This document shows, piece after piece, positions 21,879 through 34,900 of a stretch of 64,000 nucleotides of DNA. The notes under the pieces are model-generated. The model did not search any database, was not told where the DNA came from, and was given only the letters and a program-made list of their open reading frames with translations. Source of the DNA: Pavona decussata (taxonomy: Eukaryota); assembly GCA_977016875.1 (NCBI GenBank), contig CDRNST010000083.1, positions 62,001 to 126,000 of the forward strand. The letters are read 5' to 3'. A program made the translations under genes and the position numbers. Within the stretch, counting starts at the first letter, position 1, and each line of letters opens with the position of its first letter.

Positions 21879-24651
21879 ACTCATTTGCATAAGTTACTCG
21901 TCCGATTAAAGTCCTTGGCAAAATACGCAATTTTCGTCATCCGTGGATTTCGCTGCCCGGTCGAAGCTGAAGCGAATTTTTTGCATCATTTGTCGAATTC
22001 CTCCAAAAGCCTTTCCGAAAGTTTTCCAATTTCGCCATTTTTGTCAAACGGTCGAATTTGCCGAGTTTTCCAACTGCAAGCATTGCTGGCTAAGCTCGGC
22101 TAGGCTAGGAAGCCTGTGTACCAAGTGTTTAGTTTTCATGCTTTTATATTTAATCCCGGCATCTTCAGTTCTATGGAACATACGAAAACGCTTGCTACCT
22201 AATGCGAAAGCCGATACCATGATTTCATAATACCCTACATCAGAATGGCTCATTAAAAGCACCCTACCAAGTTTTCAAGGGAGGGACGAGAGTTAGAGCT
22301 CAAACGCTCTATCAAAAATACCAACACAAAAGAACAACTAACAACAAATCACCCTTCTCTCCCATGTTCCACTATTCCTCGTATTCCCTTCTCCCCCGAG
22401 ACCAGAGTATGATTACTTGTGCCCTGAATATATGTAGTCTTGTAATACTTGACGAGTGATCGCTATATTCCTCTCTAAGGTCTCGGAGAATAAGGAGAAT
22501 TGAGACGTACACGAACGGGTGACATTTAAAAGCGATTCCTCGCCATGCAATTCTTACAGCTGGGCTATTTATGTTGCGGTTGTCAAAAGAGCGCTAAAAT
22601 ATTTAGAAGATTTCAACTCTCACGCAACATAAAAATCGGTTCGATTGACCATATTTTGGCCGAAATGAAAACAAACAAGCTTACGAGGATTAACATAATT
22701 CTCTATCAGTGAATTCAATTTGTATTATCGACAGGCTGTTGATCAAGATAATTTGACAATCATGAAATATCATGACTTATCACTGGGCTTATCAGGACCG
22801 CGCCCGGAGTCTTATCAGAGATATCTGCCTGGTTCAATGATCAGAGGACACTAATTGATTTCTCGTGACGAGCAGAATCATGAACGTTTGTTATTTTGAG
22901 AGATGCCTGTGTAGGTTTCACTGATAAAGAGAGTATCCTGTGAGACCTTTCATGACCAAGCGAAATCAAGTGCCCGACTTCCTTTCTAAAACAATTCGTT
23001 TTACAGTACTGACTGACAAAAAATCAGCAGCACAGGAACACACTGCTGAACGTCCTTCATTTTGAGTGATTAATTCATCCACAGACTTAAAAGTACATCA
23101 ATAGGGATCCCAAAGACATGGTTGACCCCTGGCCGGACAGTAGAAACATACCATGGTTCATGTTGTGGTTACAGCTCTCGAGTATGTACGTCAATGAAAT
23201 CTTTTAGTGCGGGGTGACGATTCAAACCATATAAAGGCAAGTTCCTTGAGCGAACGTCCAGTCATGTCTTTTCTTTTACTTTTGATATTCTCCTCAATTT
23301 AATTTCTATTTTTCAAATTTTAATTTTGAGTCATTCTTGAAGTCCTCTTGGGAAACCGACGGGAGAGGACAGTAATTGATTTCCAGAGACGAGAGAGATA
23401 ATGATGAAGTCTTTGTTGTTTTGTTAAATTCCTTGGCCAGTTTTCCGCAGATAAGCCACGTACAAACCCTCAAGACCAGCCGACAGTAATTGATTTTCTC
23501 CTACAATTGAGATTATTATGTCTGATGTTCAGTGTATTCCCAGAACACCCACATAAGGGTAAAACTGGATCCATGATTTTCTGGGCTGTGGGTCGGTTGA
23601 CATTAATAAGCGCGCCTTTCGTTCGCTCAGAAGGGACTCCCCACGCTTCACATTTGTTAACAGCACTGAGCAGCTTTTCCTGTCCTCAGTCGGTGGCCTT
23701 CCACGATCATACAATTACCAAAATTGCTTCTAAGAAAAATAAATGAGACATACATTGATCTGCGGGTTTTGAACACAAGTTAATTTGATTTCAACCTTTT
23801 TTCAGAGAGATCAAGTTAAATCACCGCAGGTCGTCATGCACGTCAAATGAGCCTCTGAATTTCTCATATAAATAACTGCTGTCATTTTAAAACTTCTCTA
23901 CCTTTGTATGTGGCTCTAGTAAGGGCCGTCAAATACGCACATAATAAACTTTGTTAAAGTTTTATATCACCGTCTTTGCAGTTGGGAGTAAAATTACAAA
24001 AGGAAACAAATCAGAAATCTCATTAGCCTGCTACAACATCCGGTTTTTCATTTGCAGATCAAAATTGAAAGAAAACCACCAGTTTCATTTCACTCGACAT
24101 GAACAAGTTAAACAAAATTATTTGGGTCTGTTTGTTATGTTGCTTTTATAAACACAGTATTTGCGAAATAGATTTTTAGGCTCAGTGTCCAACCAATGGT
24201 TTAAGCTTTTGGCGTTGGTCATTTGGTAATAAAAGACGAAACATGTTGCAGTATTTAACGGAAGGCTGGTCAAAATATTTCCCGCGGTGAATATCGCTAA
24301 TATCCGCTCTTTATAACCCAACTGTCAATTGATATCACTTCTCTGGTATCTCTGGTATCATATTTACAGACCTAATAGCCAACTCCAAACAGAACTGAGT
24401 TGAGGTGTACACAACAAATGCTCCGAGAAAATTAATCCGTGAATTGTTGTTGACCCCACCATTCGACTTTGATTGAGCTTCGGCAGCTCAGTGCAACAGA
24501 TCATTACAGTATTACTGAAGCGTTCATCCGCTGTCACAAACCGCTCCCGAGACAAGGCCCGCCATGTGATTTTTTGGAAATTTGGCGAGAAGGACGTGAC
24601 AAATAGTCGTGGGAAAGAAAACAAAGTGTATTCATGAGCTGAGACTTCGAA

Positions 24652-24709
24652 ATGTTGTTCCGTGCTTGCTTCGTTCTCGCCATGCTGTGGACTACAGGGG
24701 CAGCAAGAG
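24652..24709 (+). CDS. RPTP exon 1 (signal peptide [19 protein letters not shown])
   Basis: ATG, hydrophobic stretch, phase-1 donor G|GTGAGT compatible with exon 2. Confidence 0.7.
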
Positions 24710-27700
24710 GTGAGTGAGTGAGAGACCACAGGACATATGTTTGCTGTTATTTTTGGCTGCTTGTTTCTCTCTCCCTAGTTCCGAGTGGTGAGTTCCAAGT
24801 TGAGGAAATAGTTCTGGCATATTTTGGCGAAATATTAAAACCGTCTCTGCTGGAAAGTTCTGCTCAATAGCTTTCATTTAGATGGTCATACGATAGGGTT
24901 TCATCTACAAAATCAAAAATTGAAACTCATTGGATTACTCAACGATATAATATGGGTAAAAATGTAAAGCAGACATGTTCCATAACGAAACGTCTAATTC
25001 TCTAGACATTCTTGAACATTTATGGAAGTTGTAGGTGAGGCATTCGTCGGCTTGAGTTTTTGATGCGATGATTTACCACAAACGTATCAAAACGTCTTTC
25101 CAAAAGATTTAATTAACGTCCAACCCGCACTTAATTGTGGCAAGAGTTTACGCTCGCGTACACATTCTGATCTCCAGAGGTCTGGCACCACAGCGTAACT
25201 TGAAAATTGTTTTTTATTTTAAAATTGAAAACAATTTGCTCGTTAGTGTATTTATGCCATACTAATGTGAAAACCAACTTAGCTAGACGCGTGTAAAAAT
25301 CTGTGGATAGATCGCATATCTTATCACTTCAGCTGCGTCAAGCTTTTTGAACACACAGGAATTTTGAGGCGAGTCCATTGCTGGGTTTGAAGTTTGTTAT
25401 TTTTAGGTTTCATCAAAAACTTTCCATTATCTACGATCATGAATAGCCACTGGTATGTCATCCATGTTTACCATTCCCTTCAAATTGCTTCAATTGTTCC
25501 AAAGGCTTGTTTTCTAAACAAACAGCTGATGTCACCGTGTTATTTTAGCTGGACATGCTTACAATTAAGAGGTAAAGGGCAGTGATTGACTCTTTCACTC
25601 GGCACAGACAAACTCGACTCATACAACATAGAGGTACCATTTTATTTTTATATGGATGGGTTGGGTACATGCCAACAAAATATCTGAAAAGCAAAGAAAT
25701 ATCTTGCAAACTTGTAAAAGAAATTCGTGCAAAGCCAAGTCACGAAGATAAATTCGCGCAGACGAAATATACCCAACCTTCCCCCCACAAAAATAAAATG
25801 GCCTGTTTCTAATTTGTAAGCCTGTGAATGAAGGCTCAACGTGACCATTTATACAAGGAAGCTGTTGAGCGGTAGTTTTCTTTGCCTGGTCTCTTGTAAC
25901 CTGAGTAACAGGTTTTTCAATGTGCTTCCAACTTTGAGTCCAAGGATAAAATACCAATGAATAACCTAGCCTGCGAGCAAGTTCTCTTTTAGGTCAGCCC
26001 TGGAAGAATAGCGCGAGCGGCGAGCGAAGCGACTCCTCTTGCGGCTGAACTAAAGTAAAGAGATTCTAAGAAATAGAATACGAGGCATAAATTCCTGACA
26101 TAAGTTGATCTGATTTAGAGTTAGAATGAGTTTTTTGGAGATCTCTGAGGTATAAAGATACATGTACCCAAAAGTTTGAAGACCTAGTAATCCGTGAAAG
26201 AGGGGGGGTGGGGGGGATGGGGTGAGTTCTGTAACGTACGAGGGCTAACACTCCAGGAATACTTTAAAAGGTACAAAGACAAGATTTATTGAAAGCAATG
26301 TCTACATAGTTAGCTATGATGTCAACCACCGTTTCCATGTGTCCAGCATCATTATCAAGATTCAAAGCTTGTTGAGCGTCAAAGTTGTTTAAAACTTTGA
26401 GTTTTAAAGTTGAATCTCATTGGATGCTTTATAGGTAAAAAGACACGTTGTTATAGTTTGTAGCTCAAGAATCTGCACAGCTTGTTTCAGATGAAAATAA
26501 ATCAAAATATTAAACCTTAGATTTTGGATTCGTCACAAACATGCAGCCTAGATATTCTAGGGAGAATATCTCAAAAACTGCCCCCCCCCCCCCCGAACAT
26601 CAAGCAATAAGCCAGCAGTTGTTCTTGTTTTCTTCAGATCCTACACGCGAGCGGAAATGTATAAATAATGCAAATCAAGCTTTCCCTCGCGCCTCGTCGA
26701 TTAGGAGAAGAAAAGAACTAAAGCAGTTTAATTATTAGTGAGCAACGCTCAATTACCTCTCTATTACCGTATTCTTGAGAGTCAATGTCAGTTATTATAA
26801 CGTTTATTCTTCAAGGAATATGCTTCTGTTATAGAACATGTCTTTAACTTTACGTATTGTGCTCTGTCTGTTTTGGATCTTAGTGCCTTGTTTTGAAAGC
26901 GGAGAGGCTTCATTTGGCTGAAGGCCCAGGTCCGTTATCAATTTCCGGTCACTTAACAAGCTCACACCTTGTTATTCAGCCTACACCCTAAGATTTAAAA
27001 TTCCAGAATAATAAGCGGGGAAGGCCATTTTCCTTTTGAGGGGTGGGGAGGTTTGAAAATAAAATAAAAAGTTGATTTTTACAGAAGAGAAAAATCGTGC
27101 GTAATGTCAAAAAGCATAAAAGGAAATTAATAGAAAGCTATTTGTGTAGAAACAAAATAACAATAATAATAATAATTATATCGATGATGATGTATGTTGT
27201 ATCGCATGGCATTTAATTTTACCCCCTTGAATAGACGGGCTTTTCATACCTAGAGTTAATATGCGTAATTACAAGGCGTAGCGATTTTTACAAACATTTT
27301 TCGAAGACAAAAGTTCAAAGGCTTTCTTCCTTAAGAACCAGTGCGTCTATCAGGAGGGTAATCATGGGTAATGGGCTCCCACATCTACCTAGAACCGAAT
27401 TTCACCCGATAGGCGCAAAGAACGGAAAGTTTATTAAAAAATTGAAATCCGTGAATTCCTAATGAATATGCAAATGAGGATGGCTATATTGATTGTACTA
27501 GGATAATCGACAGAATACCCAAGTACTCTAAACCTCTTTCTTAGTTATTTTATTATCTCTCCTTCTTAGTTATTTTGTTCTCTCTCTTTTCCTTCTTTCT
27601 CAAAAAATGGACTAAGTGAACACATGATATTTTTTGTCTTTTGTTTTTCGTCTTTTTGTCTGAGACAAAACCCGCCGCGAATAGTAACAGCTACCTGCGA

Positions 27701-30700
27701 GTTAGTGTAATCCTTTTCGTTATTTTCTTAATAAACTCCCTTCGCTGTTGTCTATAATAATCAAATTTGTTTCAAAGAGAGGGTAGTAACATATCAGCTT
27801 TCGCTGAAAACTGAATCAGTGGCCCGCTAAGCACTAAGACTAAAAGTATTACAAGTAACATACGTTAAATGAAATGGTCCACTCCAAATTTACCAATATC
27901 CCTTACAAATATTTATCCACACCATCAGAAAGAGAATCTCTGCGGAAAGAAACCAGGGCCACAATTTGTCGGGGCTAGCCGAAGAAGATTGAGCGAAAAT
28001 AGATAGACGAAAGAAGCATCGGAATTGGAGGGATTTTGGTTCCTTCTTTTTCACCTACAATTCCTTTCACGTGCCTCTTGGTATACCAGAGTTTCAGAAA
28101 CCCGACTGATAAAAAGGAGAGACCTGGACTCCTGAAAACCTATGTTTTATAAGCTGAGCATTAGCTTCTCCAGTAATTCTGTCCAACACGTCCCTAAAGC
28201 GGAAAAGATCATGGATGAAATCGGTTTATGCACATGATCCGAATTAACAAATTTGGTTTTGAAAATTACGTTAATTCCTAAAGTGGGTAAAATTTATCGA
28301 GTATTAGGCTTTTGTGGTCATGTTTTTATTTTTCCTCTCGTCTCGGCGTGATACACTCTTCCTTAAATAACTTAGTTGACGTTAAGTTTAGTTCTTTAAT
28401 TCACCCAAAACGTCTCCAGTCTTGTCTAAAATCTGCCCATGTAGTGCTCCTTCGTCGTAAGGCCTGATACCTGATTCCTCTTTTTAAATTCTGTTTCCAT
28501 AATCTACATAATCAGTACGTGAACAGATCCAATGGGTTAAATTAAAATACCTTATAAATACCGAATTTTCGTAGTAGTTGAATATATATTAAACATTTCA
28601 AAACAACGACATAACTTTTGAGTTCAGAAGACATGTAAACATCCTTGAACTGACGATGAATACTGAAGTATCAGAAGTATGCCTTCTAAACCCAAACGTT
28701 CTGTCGTATTTTGGAATGTCTATACGTTATTAATGCGATTTTCTTGTCGCCCCGCGAGAGCAAGGTAAATTCCAGTTAAAACTAAGTGCTAATTGGGCTT
28801 GTTTGTGTCATGAACCTAGTTTAATGGCCTTAGCTCCCACGAGTCTCCTGTAGCTCAGTGGTAGAGCATCCGAACTAGAAATCGGAAGGTCTTAGGTTCG
28901 ACTCATGATAGGAGCACTCGGATTTCCTTTTCCCGAGTTCGCCTGTGTCACTCACTGAATAATACATTATTCTCATTCTGGTATCGTTTTATTGGAGAAC
29001 AGCATGATGTATACGCATTTTTTCTGCAGCAAACTTTTAAATTGTAACAGCAGAACATTGGATTTCATAGGGCGATGATCTTACAAGTATAACTTGTTAT
29101 CAACTATTTGGGTGCATTTAAGTCGCTATGACGGCTGTTATATAACATTTTTTTTTGAAAGGCCAAGAAAGACATATTGGTAATGCCTAAACTTACAGTA
29201 ATAACCTACGAAGTTAAATTTTCAAATTCTATACTAGTTCGTTTAAGGCTAGGTCACTGCTTATTAAGGGGCCAAGGGGGCTCCTTTAAAAAGTGAAGGA
29301 ATACTTCAGGTTCTGTCCATGTGTCGTAGAAAACATAAAATAATGATAATTGATCATATGTCCACACATTCTACCAAAAATGCAGCCACAAATCAGAACA
29401 GAGCGCCGCGCCATGTTATACAGCTCCATGACACAAGAAAATCTACACGAAAAGTGGGGGGGGGGGGGGGTCGTAAAGGATAAAATTGTATACAAAATAT
29501 GACTTCAACGCAAATTGCTTTATCGGGAGCTACAATGCTGGAGAACTTGGTTGTTTAATGAGCTGGAACTGAATATATTTTATCACAAATTACGACTTTC
29601 TCAAAAACGACTGCGTGGGAGGCTACAGATAAGAGAAAAGTTTCAGGTTAAGACCACAAGCAAGCTGACTCCCCCAAATCTTCTCATTTCCCGGTGCACA
29701 GCTATTGACCTCTGACTTTGGACCCCGAATTCCTAGAAGAACTCACCCACTTGAATTTGGCAATTTTAACTAGAAATGTTAGGAAATCCACATTGTTTTC
29801 ATTTCAGTGCATGGAGTATTAAACACTGTAAGAATCTCATTCAAAATATTTTCGCGATTGGTCAACTTCAAATAAGAAACTGCAGAAACATTGTCGGAGC
29901 TGGCGCGTATTGAGAAAATTAGCCGAAGTATTATTAGGTGCGCTCCACTAATCCCTCTTTCAAGTACAGCTAGGCTTCATTACCAGCCGAGGAAAACCGG
30001 ACCCGAGGAGCGGTGAAAATCGAGCCAAAAGTGCAGCGCACCTAGGATATTTTAATCTCAACCAGCTTTCGTCTTTTCCTGCTTTGTTATCGCCTCCAAG
30101 AAAGCGTTTTTCACATTAGCAACATATTTTAGATGTCCGAGCTACGCAGCGGCCAGGGATTTATCGCCTATTAAGAAAAAAATGTAGCTTGCATGAGTTA
30201 GCGTACCCAATGAACTAAGCAAAAATTCTTCAAATGCTGTTTCCTGTTTTTGAGTATTTAAAAGGGACATTTGTCTACGCTAACACAGTTTGAGCTGTTC
30301 GGATTCTTTAGGTGAATTTTTTTAAAAGTCGCCGAAACCTTTTGGGAACAGCTTCATTCTCCGAATTTACGAATTGCTGTTGGCTTCCCGATATTGGTTT
30401 GAAATTAATTCGTAGTGACATTTCACCAAAGAAAATTAACGCTAGATCAGATTTCTTTCACGATTCAATCCAAATTTCTCAGGAGATTGAAGTATTCCAC
30501 CGAAAAGAACAGTTGTGTGTCCGTGATGAGTACACAGTTCTCTACTGCGCCGTTCTCCGAGGTGATCGCGGTTCATTCTTGTCAGTTTGAAGGATCCTTT
30601 CCCTCGGTGAATTGTAATAACCTCTTTAGAAACTTTTTCACCTTTAGTTAGTAGAAAATTTAGCTAGACTGTGATGTCGGGAAGAACTAAGCCGGTTCAG

Positions 30701-31951
30701 TCGCAAAACAGAAAAGGAACGAAGACACTTCCCCAACACCTGGTTCAATGATGTAAACATCCAGCTTTCCTTGGAGATAAGTGATAGTCGGGCGTTCGTG
30801 CATCGGGAACAGATTAACAAACACTTTTCAAATTTAATTTGCCTAATCTGTTCAATCTTGCTTAATTTTGACCATCTTTACTTTTTTATCACCTTGTTAG
30901 CATCTTTTTGACTAACTTCATTTAGCAACGAAATGCCGCAGGTTTTTAGCCATGATAAATTTTAAGTTGATCATTCACTTAATCTTTCTTAATTATTTCC
31001 AGTGTTAACCATGTTCTTCCTTAGCTTAGTCTACGTTTCTACTAGAAGCCAAGAAAAATCCGACACCTCGGATATCCTGAAAAGATTATACCGAATTCTT
31101 CAGTTGCGGCATGGATAATCCAGCTCAATCTGTTGTTTCTCTTTTATGACCTTGTTGTCACTAGCGACGCAAGCACAAGCGCAAGAGTGCTTATTTCGAC
31201 ATAAAAACAAGCACAAGCACAAGTACACGGGATAAAAATTATTCCTTTTCTAACGCCTGAGCGTCTGTTTGCGCTTGTGCTTGCGTTCTTGTTGTGCTGT
31301 GTGAAGACGGAACACAGCATAAACACAAGGAAATCTGATGTGTCTGGCCAATCAAAGCACTCGTTCCAGCTTTCATTTGTGCAAGAGCGTTGGTTCTTTT
31401 GCCGTGAAAACAAAGATGGCAGAAGGCACGACAATCTTCGATAAAACGTTTTCCGAGGTAGCACGCAACTACCGAGTGCTATGACAAAGAATGTAAGGGG
31501 GTTAAGGATAAACTGCCCATAGGCAAATCCAATAGATGTGGAGGCCAGGTAGACAAAGTTTCTAGTCCAAATGGTCTAGCTACAAGCATTGTGTTAAGTT
31601 TATTTGTCTTTATGCAGATTCATGGTTGGTTCCCCACACACCCGAAGTAGAATTCATTATCTGAAAGCCATAGCTCTTTAACGAGGTTGTTGAATTGTTG
31701 AAGTCCCCTTGACTCTTTCGATTCCTTCCTTGGAAACGTCTCTCACCCAGAAACGTTTCGTCTTCTTGTTGTTTGATTATATGCGACGTTTGAGCGTGCC
31801 AGCTGGCATATTCGCCGCGTCATGAAGGAAGACTTGGAACTCATGATAGCGCTTGCGCTTGTGTCACTTGCAAAAGCCAGGCTTTAATCGTCCCCTATTG
31901 AAACCAGCATTTTCCTATTTCAATTATGGGATAAGTAAGATATTGTTTTCG

Positions 31952-31985
<34 letters not shown>

Positions 31986-34900
31986 CGTTGTTGCTGCTGC
32001 TGCTGCTGCTGCTGCTGATTCCGCACTTTTTCTTGGAGCTACGTGACAACCACGTGTTTCTAGAGAAGAATTCATGGATATGAAAGACAATTTTTGTCTT
32101 CAGTAATGCTGTGACGGTCGCAAAATATTTCATAAACACTTGCTGACTGTAGACGATACTCCACCGTTATCTTCACAGATCGTCAAACGGGGCTATGCCA
32201 CTTATTTCTGATAATACTTTGAATTCATCGGATACTGAACAAAATAGAAAAAAAACACCTAATGTCTTGCTATTGTTGTCAAAGAAGCATTCAGTTGACG
32301 AGGCAAGATAATTTAGCTGTTTAATTTCATCACAGGTTTGACCCCTTTATGGCGTAGCCCTTTAATCAGCCTTTTCCCCTTTCACCTTCTTACAAACATC
32401 TATTAATGCGTTTGCAATAAAGACCTGCCGACCAAGTTTGTGATGTTGTTTTTTTTATTATTATTATTTTTACGAGTTCTCTTCTCGACCTCCGGGAGAT
32501 TATAAAAAAAATCATCCAGTAATACTACGAGCAGTCCCAATGATGTTTTGTTTTGGTTTTTGTTTTGTTTCGTTGTTTTTTGTCCTTACTTTCCCAAATT
32601 TTTTCTCAGAATTATCTGAGCACCGCAAGAGAAATTTTGTTCAATTAGACACTTTAACATTAACATGTATTAATACTAATATTTTTATGACTCAGAGTTT
32701 TAGTTAATCGTAATCATGGAGTTTTCGTTCCCTGCAGACGTCAATCCGCTAAGGTATCTTGTGGGGTACGTGACAGGCGACACCAGTGTTAAACTCTCCT
32801 GGGAAGTGCAATCTCCATCAAAACACTCTGTGTTTGAGCTGCGATGGAAGAGTGACGGTAATGAATCATCCATGTTACTCCCGGGAACAGCCCGCACTGT
32901 GACACTTCATAACCTCCGAGTCTCCACAAAATACTTCTTCCGCGTACGGCGAGGATTCAACAATGGGGCGTGGGGTGTGTTCACAAGATACACTCATGTG
33001 TGGACTCCTGAGGGAGGTAGGGACAAACCACCTGTTTATCCAGATTTGTTTTTATTTGATGTTTTGTAAATAAACTACTTCCGGCGGCTTGTATATCGGA
33101 GGATAATGCCCGAGGCTGAATGATTGACCAAAAAAGGAACAGTTGGCCGGCAACTGTTCTCATCTCTTCTCAAGTAGCTTCCTTGTTCTCCGTGACTGGC
33201 TTTTGCACGACGAATTTCTTTGTCTTCCATGAGCAACTAAAAATTTAGCTTTGAGCTTTTGCTCGTTTCTTGGTTTTTGTTCCGTCGAAATAAAATCGGA
33301 CGACGAATGTCAAATCCGGGACGAATTGCAACTTGAAAAAATTGGCCAGTTATTTCAAGTTCCACCTCTGTGTTTTGGAAAAATGGATAAAAAGTGATTA
33401 TATTTTGTTCTTGCTCGGAGGAATCGCTTCACATTTTCGTTCCAATGCTCTAAGAGCAATTTCCTGTTAGAGAAGAGGTTCTTAGTCAAAAATTTGAGAA
33501 GGTTTGACCAACATACAGCAAAATCTCCATGACAGTGCCCCTTTAAAAGGAAATTGTATTATTTTAGGTTAGTTAGAATTTGGATATAGCTTAAAACAAT
33601 TTTTTCATAGGTGCACTCATCCGATGATCAAACTGAACGTCAGGAAGCCAACCCTGCATTTCTACAAAAAAAAAAGTACTACAGGCGAACAATCAAAGTC
33701 ATGTACGCTACTTTTTTAAACAGGTTTATTTTTGATTATCAATTTCTTTAGTTCCCACTGCCCCACCAGCCAATGTGACAGCATACAACACAAGCTCTGT
33801 CAATATCATCGTGTTCTGGGCACAGGTTCCCAAGTCCCACAGGAATGGCCATGTGGGTGGTTACAAGGTCTGCTACAAAAGAGCTGATGTAGAAGACAGT
33901 GTGATGTTCTGCACAGTAGTGTACTCCCTCGGCACAGAGCTTGGCGGCTTGAAACCCTTTACACCCTACTGGATCACCGTGTTAGGTTTCACTAACAAAG
34001 GTGAAGGACCTACAAGCAAACCTCTATTGGTGTGGACGGACGAGTTTGGTGAGTTATTGACAAAATGAGACACGCCGCTAATTTGCACATAACTGTAAAC
34101 AAAACATTCTTTTCAACAAGTCTCTTCATCAGTGCCAGGCTAGCGGCGATTTACCAAATACAACTCATTTCATCATAAATGACTTTTGCAAAAGCCCTCT
34201 TTGACAAATTGGCTTGAGGCAACTCGAAAATGGTCCGTTTTGGTTTTGTTTTACTATGCTTGTGAAAACTCCCGTCACTTGCTCAACCAATCAGAAAAAA
34301 TTTAAGCCACCCATTGCTCGCACGAGTTTACCCGCGTTTCGTGCTTGCTGCTTTACCGTGCTTTACCGTGTGAGTCGCATATTGATCACTTTAGTTTTTA
34401 TTCCAAGACAAGCATCAGGCATTAAAGTTACGCTAAATATTCTTTTTTTGACCAAAATGTTCAAAACCATAGGTTCTGTACTCGATTTCATAACAAAATA
34501 GTTCAAAACTCATGCCGTTTGGAGGGCAAACACCAAGATAGTTCATGTAGGTAGCAGAGGGATTCAAACGTACTTATTTCTCTCCCTTAAATTTCAGTTC
34601 CATCAGCTGCACCTGAGATGTTGTCTCTTACGGCCAACAGCACTGCTATCGAGGTGTCCTGGGCCCCAATACCTCAAAAACACGTCAACGGAATCCTTCG
34701 TGGGTATTACGTAATCTACTGGCGAAAGCCGCGCACTTCTCGTGATAACCACGTGATTCAAGTCAACCAATCAACTCTCAGTGTAGTCATAACTGGTGTC
34801 GAGAGAAACACTACATACGGGGTGCGCCTGGCGGGGCTCACAAAGGTTAGGGGCTGGATAAGGAACGGTGCCCTTGGTCCCACGCATAATGTGACCACAG

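Noticed and set aside
23118-23181. Alternative first exon MVDPWPDSRNIPWFMLWLQLS with phase-1 GTATGT donor
   Set aside because: Hydrophobic core too short for a signal peptide; 24652-24709 is a much better candidate; cannot be excluded without RNA data
26838-26921. Signal-peptide-like mini-[30 protein letters not shown] as alternative RPTP exon 1
   Set aside because: No convincing phase-1 GT donor before its stop codon
28845-28920. tRNA gene (also 44300-44372 and 60915-60990)
   Set aside because: A and B boxes are present but the acceptor stem and anticodon loop are irregular and vary among copies; embedded in a larger repeat
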